64,000 nt of DNA, from contig JAWAEV010000001.1 in assembly GCA_038891095.1 (NCBI GenBank), positions 1 through 64,000 on the forward strand, given 5' to 3'. The notes beneath the pieces were generated by a model. That model ran no database searches and was not told the origin of the DNA. It saw only the letters and a program-made list of their open reading frames with translations. Below are positions 1-10,366 of the stretch, one piece after another. The stretch is from Candidatus Altiarchaeota archaeon. GTDB taxonomy: Archaea > Altiarchaeota > Altiarchaeia > IMC4 > QMZM01. Within the stretch, counting starts at the first letter, position 1, and every line of letters starts with the position of its first letter. Position numbers and translations under genes: made by a program.

Positions 1-963
1 ATAGTCCCAAACACCATTTGCATTTGCATCATTGAACTTGAAGATTTTTAAGTAGCCACATTGTAATGGCATAGTTGTTGTGGTTGTTGGTCTGTAAGTT
101 GTTGTTGTAGTGATAGGACACATTCTTAAATCAACATAATGTGTCTGTGAGCATGAGCAATAAAAGCTTTCACTTGCAGATGTGTAACCTGCTTTGCTTC
201 CATAAACTGTTCTATAGCCAATAGGAACATTGTAGAATGTTGTATAGCCTGTTGATGAGCTATAAGCTGTTTGACCATTAAGATTCAGAGTTACCCCTGA
301 AATTTGCTGGTATGTGTAACAATCTAAAACTCTAACATTCACTGTGCAGTATTGCGGTGGCATAGTTGTTGTGGTTGTTGGTCTGTAAGTTGTTGTTGTA
401 GTGATAGGACACATTCTTAAATCAACGTAATGTGTCTGTGAGCATGAGCAATAAAAGCTTTCACTTGCAGATGTGTAACCTGCTTTGCTTCCATAAACTG
501 TTCTATAGCCAACAGGAACATTGTAGAATGTTGTATAGCCTGTTGATGAGCTATAAGCTGTTTGACCATTAAGATGCAGAGTTACCCCTGAAATTTGCTG
601 GTATGTGTAACAATCTAAAACTCTAACATTCACTGTGCAGTATTGCGGTGGCATAGTTGTTGTGGTTGTTGGTCTGTAAGTTGTTGTTCCATAGCAAGAG
701 CCTGTACAACTATTTGATGGATACAACGTATATCCCCAAGAACCAGTATTAGTATTGCATGTTTTATATCCATAACTACCAGTTGAAGCACATATCTCAC
801 CAGTAGGACAACAATTGCTGTAGCAGTATGTTCCATCAGAGTATCTACAACCAAGCGCTTCTACACTAAACACCTGAAAAACAATGACTAAATATAGAAA
901 AAAAACAAAAAAAATTAATTTTTTAGTATTTATTTTAGTATTTACGCCTCTTATTATATTCAT
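1..963 (-). CDS. Secreted Cys/Thr-rich surface protein, 3' end outside the window: signal peptide, Cys-rich head, two 97-aa beta-sandwich-like repeats, start of an SdrD-B/Cna-B-like domain
   Basis: Manual translation from ATG at 963 is open to base 1: MNIIRGVNTKINTKKLIFFVFFLYLVIVFQVFSVEALGCRYSDGTYCYSNCCP...(PPQYCTVNVRVLDCYTYQQISGVTLxLNGQTAYSSSTGYTTFYNVPxGYRTVYGSKAGYTSASESFYCSCSQTHYVDLRMCPITTTTTYRPTTTTTM)x2...CGYLKIFKFNDANANGVWDY. Absent from the ORF track because it has no stop in the window. Confidence 0.88.
   Translation of the reverse strand, partial: MNIIRGVNTKINTKKLIFFVFFLYLVIVFQVFSVEALGCRYSDGTYCYSNCCPTGEICASTGSYGYKTCNTNTGSWGYTLYPSNSCTGSCYGTTTYRPTTTTTMPPQYCTVNVRVLDCYTYQQISGVTLHLNGQTAYSSSTGYTTFYNVPVGYRTVYGSKAGYTSASESFYCSCSQTHYVDLRMCPITTTTTYRPTTTTTMPPQYCTVNVRVLDCYTYQQISGVTLNLNGQTAYSSSTGYTTFYNVPIGYRTVYGSKAGYTSASESFYCSCSQTHYVDLRMCPITTTTTYRPTTTTTMPLQCGYLKIFKFNDANANGVWDY
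67..687. repeat. 291-bp tandem repeat (2 full copies plus a partial third) encoding a 97-aa unit
   Basis: GGCATAGTTGTTGTGGTTGTTGG recurs at 68, 359 and 650 (period 291). Only about 3 substitutions seen between the full copies. Confidence 0.95.
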
Positions 964-1835
964 TTTTCAATATTATTTATAGTTTTGTTTGTTTTCCATT
1001 TATATATCTATTAGTATTTTGTTATGCTAATTATTCGCATTCTATATATAAAAATTAAATAGTATTCATTTTATTTCAAAAATTAAATTAACAATTTTTA
1101 AAGATAGAACTATGAAGTTTAGTAGACTTTATGTGGATAAAAGTAAATAACTGTGATTAAAATCAGCAGTATTTCGTAACACGAATATTTTTTAACTTGA
1201 AAAGTCATTCAGATTTATTGAGAAAATCATCACTTAATCACATAATCTCATAAATTTTCATCAAAGCTCAAAGAAATTTTTCTCATTTCCTTTGGTAAAT
1301 TTCTCATTAATATTAAAATTTTATTTTCTCAGTATTATGCTGCGAATACAAACATTTATATGCCTATTGAATACAAAAATATCAGGATTTGCACAACACT
1401 TGAATATAAAAAAGTAGCTCATTAGTAGTAGTTAGTAGAGGCAATAGATGAACTGATTGTAAGATCCTATGCCATTAATAAAAATGTGAAGATATACTCC
1501 ATATTAAGCCTACTGAAATTGTTTAAACTTTGAGAGGCGAGAATTACCTATGAATAAGATTAAAGAATACTTCCAAAAAGTCTTCTGATAGAGCGATTTG
1601 GAGTTTAAAAAATTTGCTAATAGAATGGAAAAATCTCTATGAACTATGAAAAACATTAAAAGAAGGTTTTTAGCAGTAAAATTTTGTTTTTGCAAAAATA
1701 AGAGCAGCATGTCTCATAGGATTTAAAGAAATTTTTATTCTGTGATATGCCAAGCATATGAATGAAAAATTAGGATGGCAGATATATTAGGCTTAGGGAC
1801 ATAATATTTATTGTTAAATTATCCAACAAAATAAT

Positions 1836-3701
1836 ATGGGCACATTAGAATATTTATTTCCATTTGAAGATATACGTAGGGGTCAGAGAGAATTTTTACA
1901 AGATGTTAGAAAAGCTATTGAAAACAAAAAGCACTTGATTGCTCATGCACCAACAGGCATTGGAAAAACAGCAGCTGTTCTTAGCTCCTCTCTTGAATAT
2001 TCACTAAAAAAAGGGAGGAACATTTTCTTTCTTACACCAAAACATACACAGCATAAGATAGTAATTGATACAATAAAAAAGATAAAGAATAAATTTGGGG
2101 TAAAAATAACTGCTGTTGATTTTATCGGAAAACAATGGATGTGCCCATATCCAAATGTCAGAGAGCTTTCATCAAGAGATTTTAACGAATTTTGCAAAGC
2201 ACAAAAAAAAGATGAAAAATGTAAATTTTACAAAAATTCGCATAAAAGAGAACTTTCAGGTAATGCAAAAAGAATCATAGAAAAAATTCAAATAGAGGCT
2301 CCTCATTCTGAGGAGATAAAAGAAATCTGTGAGAAAAATTTATTTTGTCCATATGAAATTTGTATAAAAGCAGGTAAGAATGCAGATGTTATAATTTGTG
2401 ATTACTTCCATATCTTTTCTACAAAAGTTAGAAAAGCTTTCCTTTCGAAATTAGAAAAGAGTCTTGAGAATAGCATCATAATAATTGATGAAGCACATAA
2501 TTTGCCCGATAGGATAAGAGAGATTCTTTCATACTCAATTAGTAAATTTATGATAAAACGAGCAATTAAAGAGGCAAAATTTTTAAAATATGAAACACTT
2601 GTTGAAGCATTAAATGATATAGCCTCTGTGTTAAAAGAATTATGCAAAGATTTAGAAAAAAATGGAGAAAAATTTGTTAAGAGAGAAGACTTTATAGAGA
2701 AAATTGAGAAAAAAACAGAACTTAGCTATGACGAAATTCAAGATATGTTAGATTCTACTGCTGATGAAATTTTAAGCATGCCAAAGAGATATAGATCTTA
2801 TTCGAAAATGATAGCAAATTTTCTTGAAAATTGGAAAAAAGAGGATAGAGGCTATGCAAGAATTTTAAATAACAATGAAAATGTAAAAATCTTCTATAAA
2901 TGTTTAGATCCGGGAATTTCTGCAAAAGAAATTTTTGATGAAGTTCACTCTGCAATTCTCATGAGTGGGACTCTTATGCCATTAGAAATGTATGCAAAAG
3001 TTCTTGATTTGGATGAAGAAAGAATTTTAATGAGAGAGTATGAATCGCCATTTCCAAAAGAGAACAGGCTTACTCTTCTTGTGCCGAAATTGACAACGCA
3101 ATACAAAAAAAGATCTGAGGTAATGTATAATGCATATGCTAAAAAAATTTCTTCTATCCTTATGCACATTCCAAAAAATGTTGCAATTTTCTTTCCTTCA
3201 TATGAGATGATGAACGCCATTATTAAAAATTTAAAAAATTTGAAGAAGGAAATTCTAATTGAGGGAAAAGAAATGAAAAAAGAGGACAGAATTAATATTT
3301 TCAATAAACTTAAAGTGCTTAGAAATGGAGAAGGTGGAATTTTAGCAGGTGTGCAAGCAGGCTCTTTTTCAGAGGGTTTAGACTATGAGAATAATCTTCT
3401 TGATGCGGTTATAATTGTTGGCTTGCCACTTGAAATTCCAAATTTAGAAGTTAAAGCACTGATTGAATACTATGATTTTAAATTCAATAGAGGTTGGGAT
3501 TATGGCTACATTTACCCTGCAATGAATAGAGCTTTGCAAGCTGCAGGTCGCTGTATAAGAAGTGAAACAGATAGAGGAGCAATAATTTTCATGGATGAAA
3601 GATTTCGCTGGAGAAACTACTCAAAGTGTTTTCCGAAAGATTTTTCTGTGGTAGTGACTGAAATGCCTGAAAAGTATGTTGATAAATTCTTCAGTAAATA
3701 A
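1836..3701 (+). CDS. xpd: XPD/Rad3/DinG-family Fe-S DNA helicase
   Basis: Q motif RRGQ, Walker A APTGIGKT, Fe-S cysteines (MCP, FCK, KC, CPY), DEAH, SGT, QAAGRCIRSETDRG. Confidence 0.93.
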   Translation: MGTLEYLFPFEDIRRGQREFLQDVRKAIENKKHLIAHAPTGIGKTAAVLSSSLEYSLKKGRNIFFLTPKHTQHKIVIDTIKKIKNKFGVKITAVDFIGKQWMCPYPNVRELSSRDFNEFCKAQKKDEKCKFYKNSHKRELSGNAKRIIEKIQIEAPHSEEIKEICEKNLFCPYEICIKAGKNADVIICDYFHIFSTKVRKAFLSKLEKSLENSIIIIDEAHNLPDRIREILSYSISKFMIKRAIKEAKFLKYETLVEALNDIASVLKELCKDLEKNGEKFVKREDFIEKIEKKTELSYDEIQDMLDSTADEILSMPKRYRSYSKMIANFLENWKKEDRGYARILNNNENVKIFYKCLDPGISAKEIFDEVHSAILMSGTLMPLEMYAKVLDLDEERILMREYESPFPKENRLTLLVPKLTTQYKKRSEVMYNAYAKKISSILMHIPKNVAIFFPSYEMMNAIIKNLKNLKKEILIEGKEMKKEDRINIFNKLKVLRNGEGGILAGVQAGSFSEGLDYENNLLDAVIIVGLPLEIPNLEVKALIEYYDFKFNRGWDYGYIYPAMNRALQAAGRCIRSETDRGAIIFMDERFRWRNYSKCFPKDFSVVVTEMPEKYVDKFFSK

Positions 3702-3820
3702 CAAAATAGTTTTTTCTTTTTGGAATGCGCTCTTTCTTTTGGGAAAAGAAAAGGGTTTATGCAAAGTGTTTTCCGAAAGATTTTTCTGTGGTAGTGACTG
3801 AAATGCCTGAAAAGTATGTT
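3622..3820. repeat. 59-bp exact direct repeat (3622-3680 = 3762-3820) duplicating the 3' end of xpd
   Basis: CAAAGTGTTTTCCGAAAGATTTTTCTGTGGTAGTGACTGAAATGCCTGAAAAGTATGTT occurs twice, 140 bp apart. Confidence 0.95.
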
Positions 3821-3866
3821 ATATAATAAATTTCTTAATAATAAATTTCTTAAAGATGAAAATTAA

Positions 3867-5360
3867 ATGTATAAGAGAATGAAAATTAAAACAAAAATAA
3901 TTTCATTCACAATTGTTTTTTTTCTTTTAGTAAACTTAATCTCAGCTCAAAGTTTGGAAAATAGAGTAAAGCACGTTTTAGGTGTGCTTAAAGACAGAAT
4001 AAATGAAGTTGTGAGTTTGATCTTTTGTTTAATTTGGTGGATTATCGCTGCTTTGGCTGCATTGCTAATTGTCTGGAATGCTGTAGTATACATCACATCA
4101 GAAGATTTCAAAGCGAGGATTATTGTAAGAAGAAGAATAATTCAAATAATTATCGGATTAGTAATTGTCTTAATTGCTTGTCCTCTAGTGAATTTCCTGA
4201 TTAAAGGAACGAAAGTGAGTGAATTTAGGTGTGAATGTATCCCAGGTAATGAAACTATAAAAACAACTACAACAACCATCGCAACTACTCCAATAATTAC
4301 GATGAGGACAACAACAAAAACAACAACTACAACTTTAACTACATCAACTACTATCTTAACTACCACTGCGATTTCAACTACAACCACAATTCAGTCGGAA
4401 AGTATAGCAAAAATTAGAGCAAAAGAGGAAGCAGATTGGATTGTTAGCAAATGCAAACGCCCAAGTGGTGCATTGTCAATTGCTCCTGATGGTGGAATAA
4501 ATCCATACTTTGCAAACCTTGCAGCTCAAGCTTTATTAGAGGTAGATGAGAGTTATAAAAAAGATGTTAAGGATTATATATTATGGTATATTGCTCACCT
4601 TAACAAACCAGACAATTTAGGAGTTTATGGAACAATATATGACTACTCTGTTGTTGATGGTGTTGAAAAACCACTAGAGAATTATGATTCATCTGACTCC
4701 TATGCAGCAACATTTCTTTCACTTGTAAGGAGATACTATGATAAAAGCGGAGATTCGAACTTTATAAAAAACAATTTAAATAACTTAAAACTAATCGCAG
4801 GAGCTATGAATGCTACGCTCCAAGAAGACGGGTTAACATGGGCTAAGAAGAATTATCAAATAAAGTTTTTAATGGATAATATTGAGGTGTGGCAAGGTTA
4901 TAGAGATTTTGCTTATTTACTTGATGTTATAGGGGATATAGATGCTGAAAAGTATAGGGAAAAAGAAGGAAAAGTTAGAGAAGGAATAGAAAATCAGTTG
5001 TGGAATGAGAAAAACCAGGAGTATAAACCATATGTTGGAGGAAAAACAAACTGGAATAAATTTTATCCTGATGCATCTGCCAATTTATGGCCAATAATTT
5101 TTGATCTACCAGAAGCAAAAGCAAGACAAAGTATTTTATGGCAGAAATTCATTTCTCACAATCCTAAATGGAAAACAAATCAAGCAGATGCTTTCCCATG
5201 GACAGTAAATAACATTGCTGCATTAAAGGCAGGTGACAAAGAAACAGCAAAGGAATTCGATGCAAACACTAGGAAGAAATTTTTGCCTGAAAGAAAATGG
5301 CCATGGAATATAAATGACGCAGGGTGGTATATACGCTATACTCTTCTTTTAGAAGATTAA
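3867..5360 (+). CDS. Surface protein: signal peptide, TrbC/VirB2-pilin-like two-TM domain, Thr-rich linker, six-hairpin glycosidase-like domain
   Basis: Hydrophobic hairpin AALLIVWNAVVYITSED...RRIIQIIIGLVIVLIACPLV, poly-Thr stalk, then a helical Trp/Asp-rich domain (INPYFANLAA, DSSDSYAATFLSL, FLMDNIEVWQG, FYPDASANLWP). Confidence 0.65.
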   Translation: MYKRMKIKTKIISFTIVFFLLVNLISAQSLENRVKHVLGVLKDRINEVVSLIFCLIWWIIAALAALLIVWNAVVYITSEDFKARIIVRRRIIQIIIGLVIVLIACPLVNFLIKGTKVSEFRCECIPGNETIKTTTTTIATTPIITMRTTTKTTTTTLTTSTTILTTTAISTTTTIQSESIAKIRAKEEADWIVSKCKRPSGALSIAPDGGINPYFANLAAQALLEVDESYKKDVKDYILWYIAHLNKPDNLGVYGTIYDYSVVDGVEKPLENYDSSDSYAATFLSLVRRYYDKSGDSNFIKNNLNNLKLIAGAMNATLQEDGLTWAKKNYQIKFLMDNIEVWQGYRDFAYLLDVIGDIDAEKYREKEGKVREGIENQLWNEKNQEYKPYVGGKTNWNKFYPDASANLWPIIFDLPEAKARQSILWQKFISHNPKWKTNQADAFPWTVNNIAALKAGDKETAKEFDANTRKKFLPERKWPWNINDAGWYIRYTLLLED

Positions 5361-5504
5361 CAAAGCAGGCATTTATTTATTAAATTAGGAATATTTGGGA
5401 GGTAGTAAACATATGCGATATACTCTCTACAGATTGAATATGCTCGTCACTAAGTGTTATATCTTGCCGATTAATCAACTTTAATTCTACTGTTTAATAT
5501 TGCA

Positions 5505-8096
5505 ATGATAAGTCACCAAACTAAACCTTACTCAGATGAAGAAATTTTTCAAGAGATGCATCCATTAGTTAGAGAATGGTTTCAGAAGAAATTTAAGGAA
5601 TTTGCATTACCGCAAAAATTTGCAATTCTTAACATTCACAGAAGGGAGAATACCCTTGTTTCAGCTCCAACTGGCTCAGGAAAAACTTTGACTGCTTTCT
5701 TGTCTATAATAAATGAACTTGTAAAACTTTCTGGGAATAATAATCTTGAGGATAAAGTTTACTGCGTTTATGTCTCACCATTAAAAGCTCTGAATAACGA
5801 TATTGAAAAAAATTTAAATTCTCCATTAAAGGAAATTGAAAATTTAGCAGGAAAAAATTTAGGAATAAGGGTTATGGTTAGAACTGGTGATACATCAACA
5901 TCAACAAAAGCAAGAATGCTTTCCAAGCCACCGCATATATTAATAACAACTCCAGAAACATTAGCAATAATTTTAAATGCACCAAAATTCAGAAAATTTT
6001 TAAAAGATGTAAAATGGGTCATTGTTGATGAAATTCATTCTTTAGCTGAAAACAAAAGAGGAGTTCATTTAACTTTATCTTTAGAAAGACTTCAAAATTT
6101 AGCTGGTAGATTTACAAGAATTGGCCTTTCTGCTACAATTTCTCCCCTTGAAGAAGTTGCAAAATTTTTAGTTGGTTATGAAAATTCAGAGCTGAGAGAT
6201 TGTAAAGTTGTAGATGTGCAATTTATAAAAAAACTTGATATGAAGGTCCTCACACCTGTGCCAAATTTGATGAAAACGACACAAAAGGAATTGCACGATT
6301 CTCTTTATAATTTACTTTATGAATTAATTTCACAGCATAAAACGACTTTGATTTTCACTAACACAAGAAGTGGCACTGAAAGAGTTATCCATAATTTAAA
6401 GGAAAAATTTCCAAAGGAGTATAATGAAGCAACTATAGGAGCACATCATTCTTCACTTTCAAAAGGTCATCGCTTGGATATTGAGAATAGACTAAAAAAT
6501 GGTGAGCTAAGATGTGTGGTTTCTTCTACATCCTTAGAATTAGGAATTGATATTGGCTACATAGACTTAGTTATTCTTTTAGGTTCTCCTAAATCTGTTG
6601 CAAGAGCATTACAAAGAGTTGGACGCTCAGGTCATAAATTGCATGATACTGCAAAAGGAAGAATTATAGTTCTTGACAGAGATGACCTAATTGAATGCTC
6701 TGTTCTTTTGAAAAATGCACTTGAAGGTAAAATTGATAAGGTGCACATACCAAAAAATTGTTTAGATGTTTTAGCTCAGCATTTGTATGGAATTGCAATT
6801 GAAGAAAAGCAGAATATTGATAATATTTATGCTCTTATAAGGAGGAGCTATTGCTATAAAGATCTTGAATTTAGTGACTATGAAGCAGTACTTGATTATC
6901 TTTCTGGGAAATATGTTGAATTGGAGCAAAGAAATGTATATGCAAAAATTTGGATTGATAAAGAAGCAAGAACATTTGGAAGAAGAAGTAAATTAGCAAG
7001 AGTGTTGTATTCAACAAATGTAGGTACAATTCCAGATGAGTCTTATATAACAGTAAAAAAACAAGATATAAAAGTTGGTACTATAGAAGAGGACTTTCTT
7101 GAAAGATTAAAGAAAGGGGATATTTTTGTTTTAGGTGGCAGATGCTATAAATTTCTCTATTCAAGAGGACAAACTGCTCATGTTATGCCTTATGAGGGTG
7201 TGCCCACAGTGCCATCATGGTTTTCAGAGCAACTACCTTTGAGTTTTGACTTGGCTATAGAAATTGGGAAGTTTAGAAAACTTATTGAAGAAAAATTAGA
7301 AAAAAATGAAAAGAAAGAGCAAATTGTAAATTTTATTCTCAAGTACCTTTATGTTGATAAGAATTCTGCAAATTCAATTTTTGAATACATAAGAGAGCAG
7401 TTTCTTTATGCAAAAATACCAACTGATAAAAAAATTGTGATTGAATTCTACCAAGGTTTTAAAAGAAAGTATGTGATATTTCATACAATTTATGGCAGGA
7501 GAGTTAATGATGCACTTTCAAGAGCGATAGCTTATTTGATATCAAAAAGACAACAGAGGGATGTTATGGTATCTCTCAGCGACAATGGTTTCTATCTATA
7601 TTCAAGTAAGGGGGAAATTCAAGTTTTACAGGCAATAGAAGACCTTAAAAAATTTTCTTTGAAGGAAATTGCAACAAAAGCAATTGAAAAAACAGAAGTT
7701 CTTGAAAGAAGGTTTAGGCATTGTGCAACTCGCGCTTTAATGATACTACGCTCATACAAAGGAAAAAGAAAGTCAGTCGGTAAACAACAAGTTGGCTCAA
7801 AAATGCTTCTGAATTTTATTAGAAAATTTCAGGAGGAATTTCCAATTTTGAAAGAAGCTCGTAGGGAGGTTTTAGAGGATCTAATGGATATTGAAAATGC
7901 TGAAAAAATTGCAGAGATGATAAAAAAAGGTGAAATAAAAATAGAAACAATTTCGACAGATATACCATCGCCATTTGCTTTGAATTTAATTGCTCAAGGT
8001 TATATGGATGTGATTAAAATGGAAGATCGTCTAGAATTCATTAGAAGAATGCATGAAGCAGTTCTAAAGAGAATTGAAAGTAGGCAAGATTTTTAG
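5505..8096 (+). CDS. lhr: Lhr-family ATP-dependent helicase
   Basis: [63 protein letters not shown]. Confidence 0.95.
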   Translation: MISHQTKPYSDEEIFQEMHPLVREWFQKKFKEFALPQKFAILNIHRRENTLVSAPTGSGKTLTAFLSIINELVKLSGNNNLEDKVYCVYVSPLKALNNDIEKNLNSPLKEIENLAGKNLGIRVMVRTGDTSTSTKARMLSKPPHILITTPETLAIILNAPKFRKFLKDVKWVIVDEIHSLAENKRGVHLTLSLERLQNLAGRFTRIGLSATISPLEEVAKFLVGYENSELRDCKVVDVQFIKKLDMKVLTPVPNLMKTTQKELHDSLYNLLYELISQHKTTLIFTNTRSGTERVIHNLKEKFPKEYNEATIGAHHSSLSKGHRLDIENRLKNGELRCVVSSTSLELGIDIGYIDLVILLGSPKSVARALQRVGRSGHKLHDTAKGRIIVLDRDDLIECSVLLKNALEGKIDKVHIPKNCLDVLAQHLYGIAIEEKQNIDNIYALIRRSYCYKDLEFSDYEAVLDYLSGKYVELEQRNVYAKIWIDKEARTFGRRSKLARVLYSTNVGTIPDESYITVKKQDIKVGTIEEDFLERLKKGDIFVLGGRCYKFLYSRGQTAHVMPYEGVPTVPSWFSEQLPLSFDLAIEIGKFRKLIEEKLEKNEKKEQIVNFILKYLYVDKNSANSIFEYIREQFLYAKIPTDKKIVIEFYQGFKRKYVIFHTIYGRRVNDALSRAIAYLISKRQQRDVMVSLSDNGFYLYSSKGEIQVLQAIEDLKKFSLKEIATKAIEKTEVLERRFRHCATRALMILRSYKGKRKSVGKQQVGSKMLLNFIRKFQEEFPILKEARREVLEDLMDIENAEKIAEMIKKGEIKIETISTDIPSPFALNLIAQGYMDVIKMEDRLEFIRRMHEAVLKRIESRQDF

Positions 8097-8351
8097 CCAA
8101 GTGTTGCTGAGTTTCAAAAACGCAAAATGTAATTTACTATGTGAGTTAAAAAACTGTCGCATCCACAATAACAATCATAATAGCGAATTTTGGAGCAATC
8201 ATAATAATGCCCAAAAAATAAGATTACAAATTAATGGAGAACTATTGAATAGAATAGCTAATATTAGAAGGGTTGCTAAAATTAAGATTGAAAAGATAAC
8301 TATCCTCATTTTTTGTACCTTATTATAAGCTGTGTATTGTAACATATAAAT

Positions 8352-9221
8352 TCAAACTTTAACTCCCTCCTTTTTAAATCTCTCGAGAAGTGCACTCAAA
8401 AATTCTGAGATAATTTCATCTTTTTTATGAATTTCTAAAATCCAAAAACGGACACTAAATGTTATTTTTGAATCTGAGATTTCTGAGATTAAAACTCTTG
8501 GCTTGAAAATTTCCATATTTAAGGGCTTATCTGCAAAAATTTTTTTAATATGTGGTAATTGTAGTATTCTCTCTATAGAGGATTTTCCTTTTTTAGTTGT
8601 AGTTGAGAGTATACTTCTATTTTCATTTGCAACTTCTAAAATAATTTCCCTGACTTTTCCATATTCTGGGGTATAGGGAATTTTTATTTGTATTGGCACT
8701 TCTGTAAAACCTGCCTTTGTGTAGTTTATTATCTTTGAGGATAAAAGTGCTGAATTTGGAATATAGACCAATTTACCATCCATGTCCCTTATAGTTGTGC
8801 TCGTAAGGGTTATGTCTTTAACTCTGCCTATCCCTGTATCTGGAACTCCACCAACCTTAACCCAATCCTCAATTTGTATTTGTCCTTGAAATGAAATTAA
8901 AATTCCTGCAATCACGTTTTGTATTATCTGCTGTGAAGAAAATGCAATTGCGATACCAATAATTCCTAATGAAGCCACAAGAGCAGTTAAATCTAAACCA
9001 AGCTCATAGTATATACCATAATACAATCCCGCAAAGATAAAAAAATATTGTAAAATTCTTGCGACAATTTTTGAATTTCTAATTGATATCCTTTCATCAA
9101 AAAATCTTCTCGCGAGAAAGTTAACTAAATTTCCGAAAATAAGCGTGATTATGAATGTAAAAAGGAATAACAGAAAATTTTCTATTGTTACATTACCTAT
9201 GAGAATTTTACTTTCTGCCAT
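8352..9221 (-). CDS. mscS: Small-conductance mechanosensitive channel (MscS family)
   Basis: Three TM helices, LGIIGIAIAFSSQQIIQNVIAG, G.V.DITLTSTTIR..DGKLVYIPNS, IINYT. Confidence 0.92.
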   Translation of the reverse strand: MAESKILIGNVTIENFLLFLFTFIITLIFGNLVNFLARRFFDERISIRNSKIVARILQYFFIFAGLYYGIYYELGLDLTALVASLGIIGIAIAFSSQQIIQNVIAGILISFQGQIQIEDWVKVGGVPDTGIGRVKDITLTSTTIRDMDGKLVYIPNSALLSSKIINYTKAGFTEVPIQIKIPYTPEYGKVREIILEVANENRSILSTTTKKGKSSIERILQLPHIKKIFADKPLNMEIFKPRVLISEISDSKITFSVRFWILEIHKKDEIISEFLSALLERFKKEGVKV

Positions 9222-9251
9222 TTTATTTGTTTGCTACTGAGATGCTAACCA

Positions 9252-10310
9252 TTAAATCCATTTCTTTTTCTTGAAATATGATATCATAATAATTGCCACA
9301 CTTAACATAATAATTAAAACCAAAGGATAACCAAACTCCCACTCAAGCTCAGGCATATATTTAAAATTCATTCCATAAATTCCTGCAATAAAGGTAAGTG
9401 GAATAAAAACTGTTGCAATTATTGTTAGAACTTTCATCACTTCATTAAGTTTGTTACTAATGCTTGAAAGATATATGTCAATCATGCCAGAAAGCATTTC
9501 TCTAAAAGTTTCTATTGTGTCAATGATTTGGATTATATGATCGTAAAGATCTCTGAGATAAATACGAGTTTGTTTATGAATAACATTTGATGTGCTTCTT
9601 TCAACTCCATTCACAACTTCTCTTAAGGGCCACACACTTTTTCTCAGTAAGAGCATTTCTCTTTTTAAATTATAAACTTTCTTTAATGTATTTGTTGAGG
9701 GGTTAGTTATTATCTCATCTTCAAGTTCTTCTATAATCCCACCAATATTTTCCAAAATTATAAAATAATTATCGACTATTACATCTATTAAAGAGTAGAA
9801 TAGGTAGTCAGCACCCATATTTCTAATGTTGCTTTTCTCTTTTTTGAGTCTTTCTCTCACAGGATTAAAAACATCTCCAACACTCTCTTGAAATGTAATA
9901 AGAAAATTTTGGCCTAAAATTAAACTAACCTGTTCTGATTTTATTCTATTTTCATCTCCATAAGATAACATTCTTAAAACAGTGTAGATATAATTACCAA
10001 AGTCCTCTATTTTTGGTCTCTGATCCGTTGTTAGTATGTCCTCAAGTATTAGTTGGTGAATACCAAATTCTTCTCCTATTCTTTTTATTATACCAACATT
10101 ACTTAAACCATCGATATTTATCCATTTTATTTTATGTGACTCACTAATTTTAAAGCAATCTTCTATGTTCTCTATTCTTTTCTCATGAAAATTTTTCTCA
10201 TCATATTCAATAAGGGTTATCCTTACTTCTTCAATTTTTTTCTTTCCTATATGGATTAAAGCACCTGGTGCCAATCCAATTTTTTTAGCTCTTGTTATTT
10301 GCTTTTCCAT
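9252..10310 (-). CDS. corA: Magnesium/cobalt transporter CorA
   Basis: GLAPGALIHIG, QRPKIEDF, C-terminal GIYGMNFKYMPELEW signature. Confidence 0.96.
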   Translation of the reverse strand: MEKQITRAKKIGLAPGALIHIGKKKIEEVRITLIEYDEKNFHEKRIENIEDCFKISESHKIKWINIDGLSNVGIIKRIGEEFGIHQLILEDILTTDQRPKIEDFGNYIYTVLRMLSYGDENRIKSEQVSLILGQNFLITFQESVGDVFNPVRERLKKEKSNIRNMGADYLFYSLIDVIVDNYFIILENIGGIIEELEDEIITNPSTNTLKKVYNLKREMLLLRKSVWPLREVVNGVERSTSNVIHKQTRIYLRDLYDHIIQIIDTIETFREMLSGMIDIYLSSISNKLNEVMKVLTIIATVFIPLTFIAGIYGMNFKYMPELEWEFGYPLVLIIMLSVAIIMISYFKKKKWI

Positions 10311-10366
10311 TATTAATTTATTAATTCAAGGAAGATAATAAGGGAACAAAAATGTAAAGATATGAA

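Noticed and set aside
67-687. 291-bp repeats as a DGR template/variable pair or a CRISPR array
   Set aside because: Both copies are in-frame parts of one ORF with only about 3 differences, not all at adenines. No reverse transcriptase, spacers or cas genes are present.
630-854. 74-aa minus-strand ORF in the track
   Set aside because: Alternative frame of the real gene that starts at 963.
1510-1710. 66-aa minus-strand ORF
   Set aside because: No recognisable motif; composition typical of chance ORFs in AT-rich DNA.
4142-4387. Val-rich antisense ORFs (also 61031-61249)
   Set aside because: Simple antisense shadows of poly-Thr tracts.
8074-8328. 84-aa plus-strand ORF and a 36-aa hydrophobic minus-strand ORF from ATG 8309 (MRIVIFSILILATLLILAILFNSSPLICNLIFWALL)
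   Set aside because: The plus ORF overlaps the lhr end and looks non-coding. The minus peptide could be an eroded membrane gene but has too little support to call.
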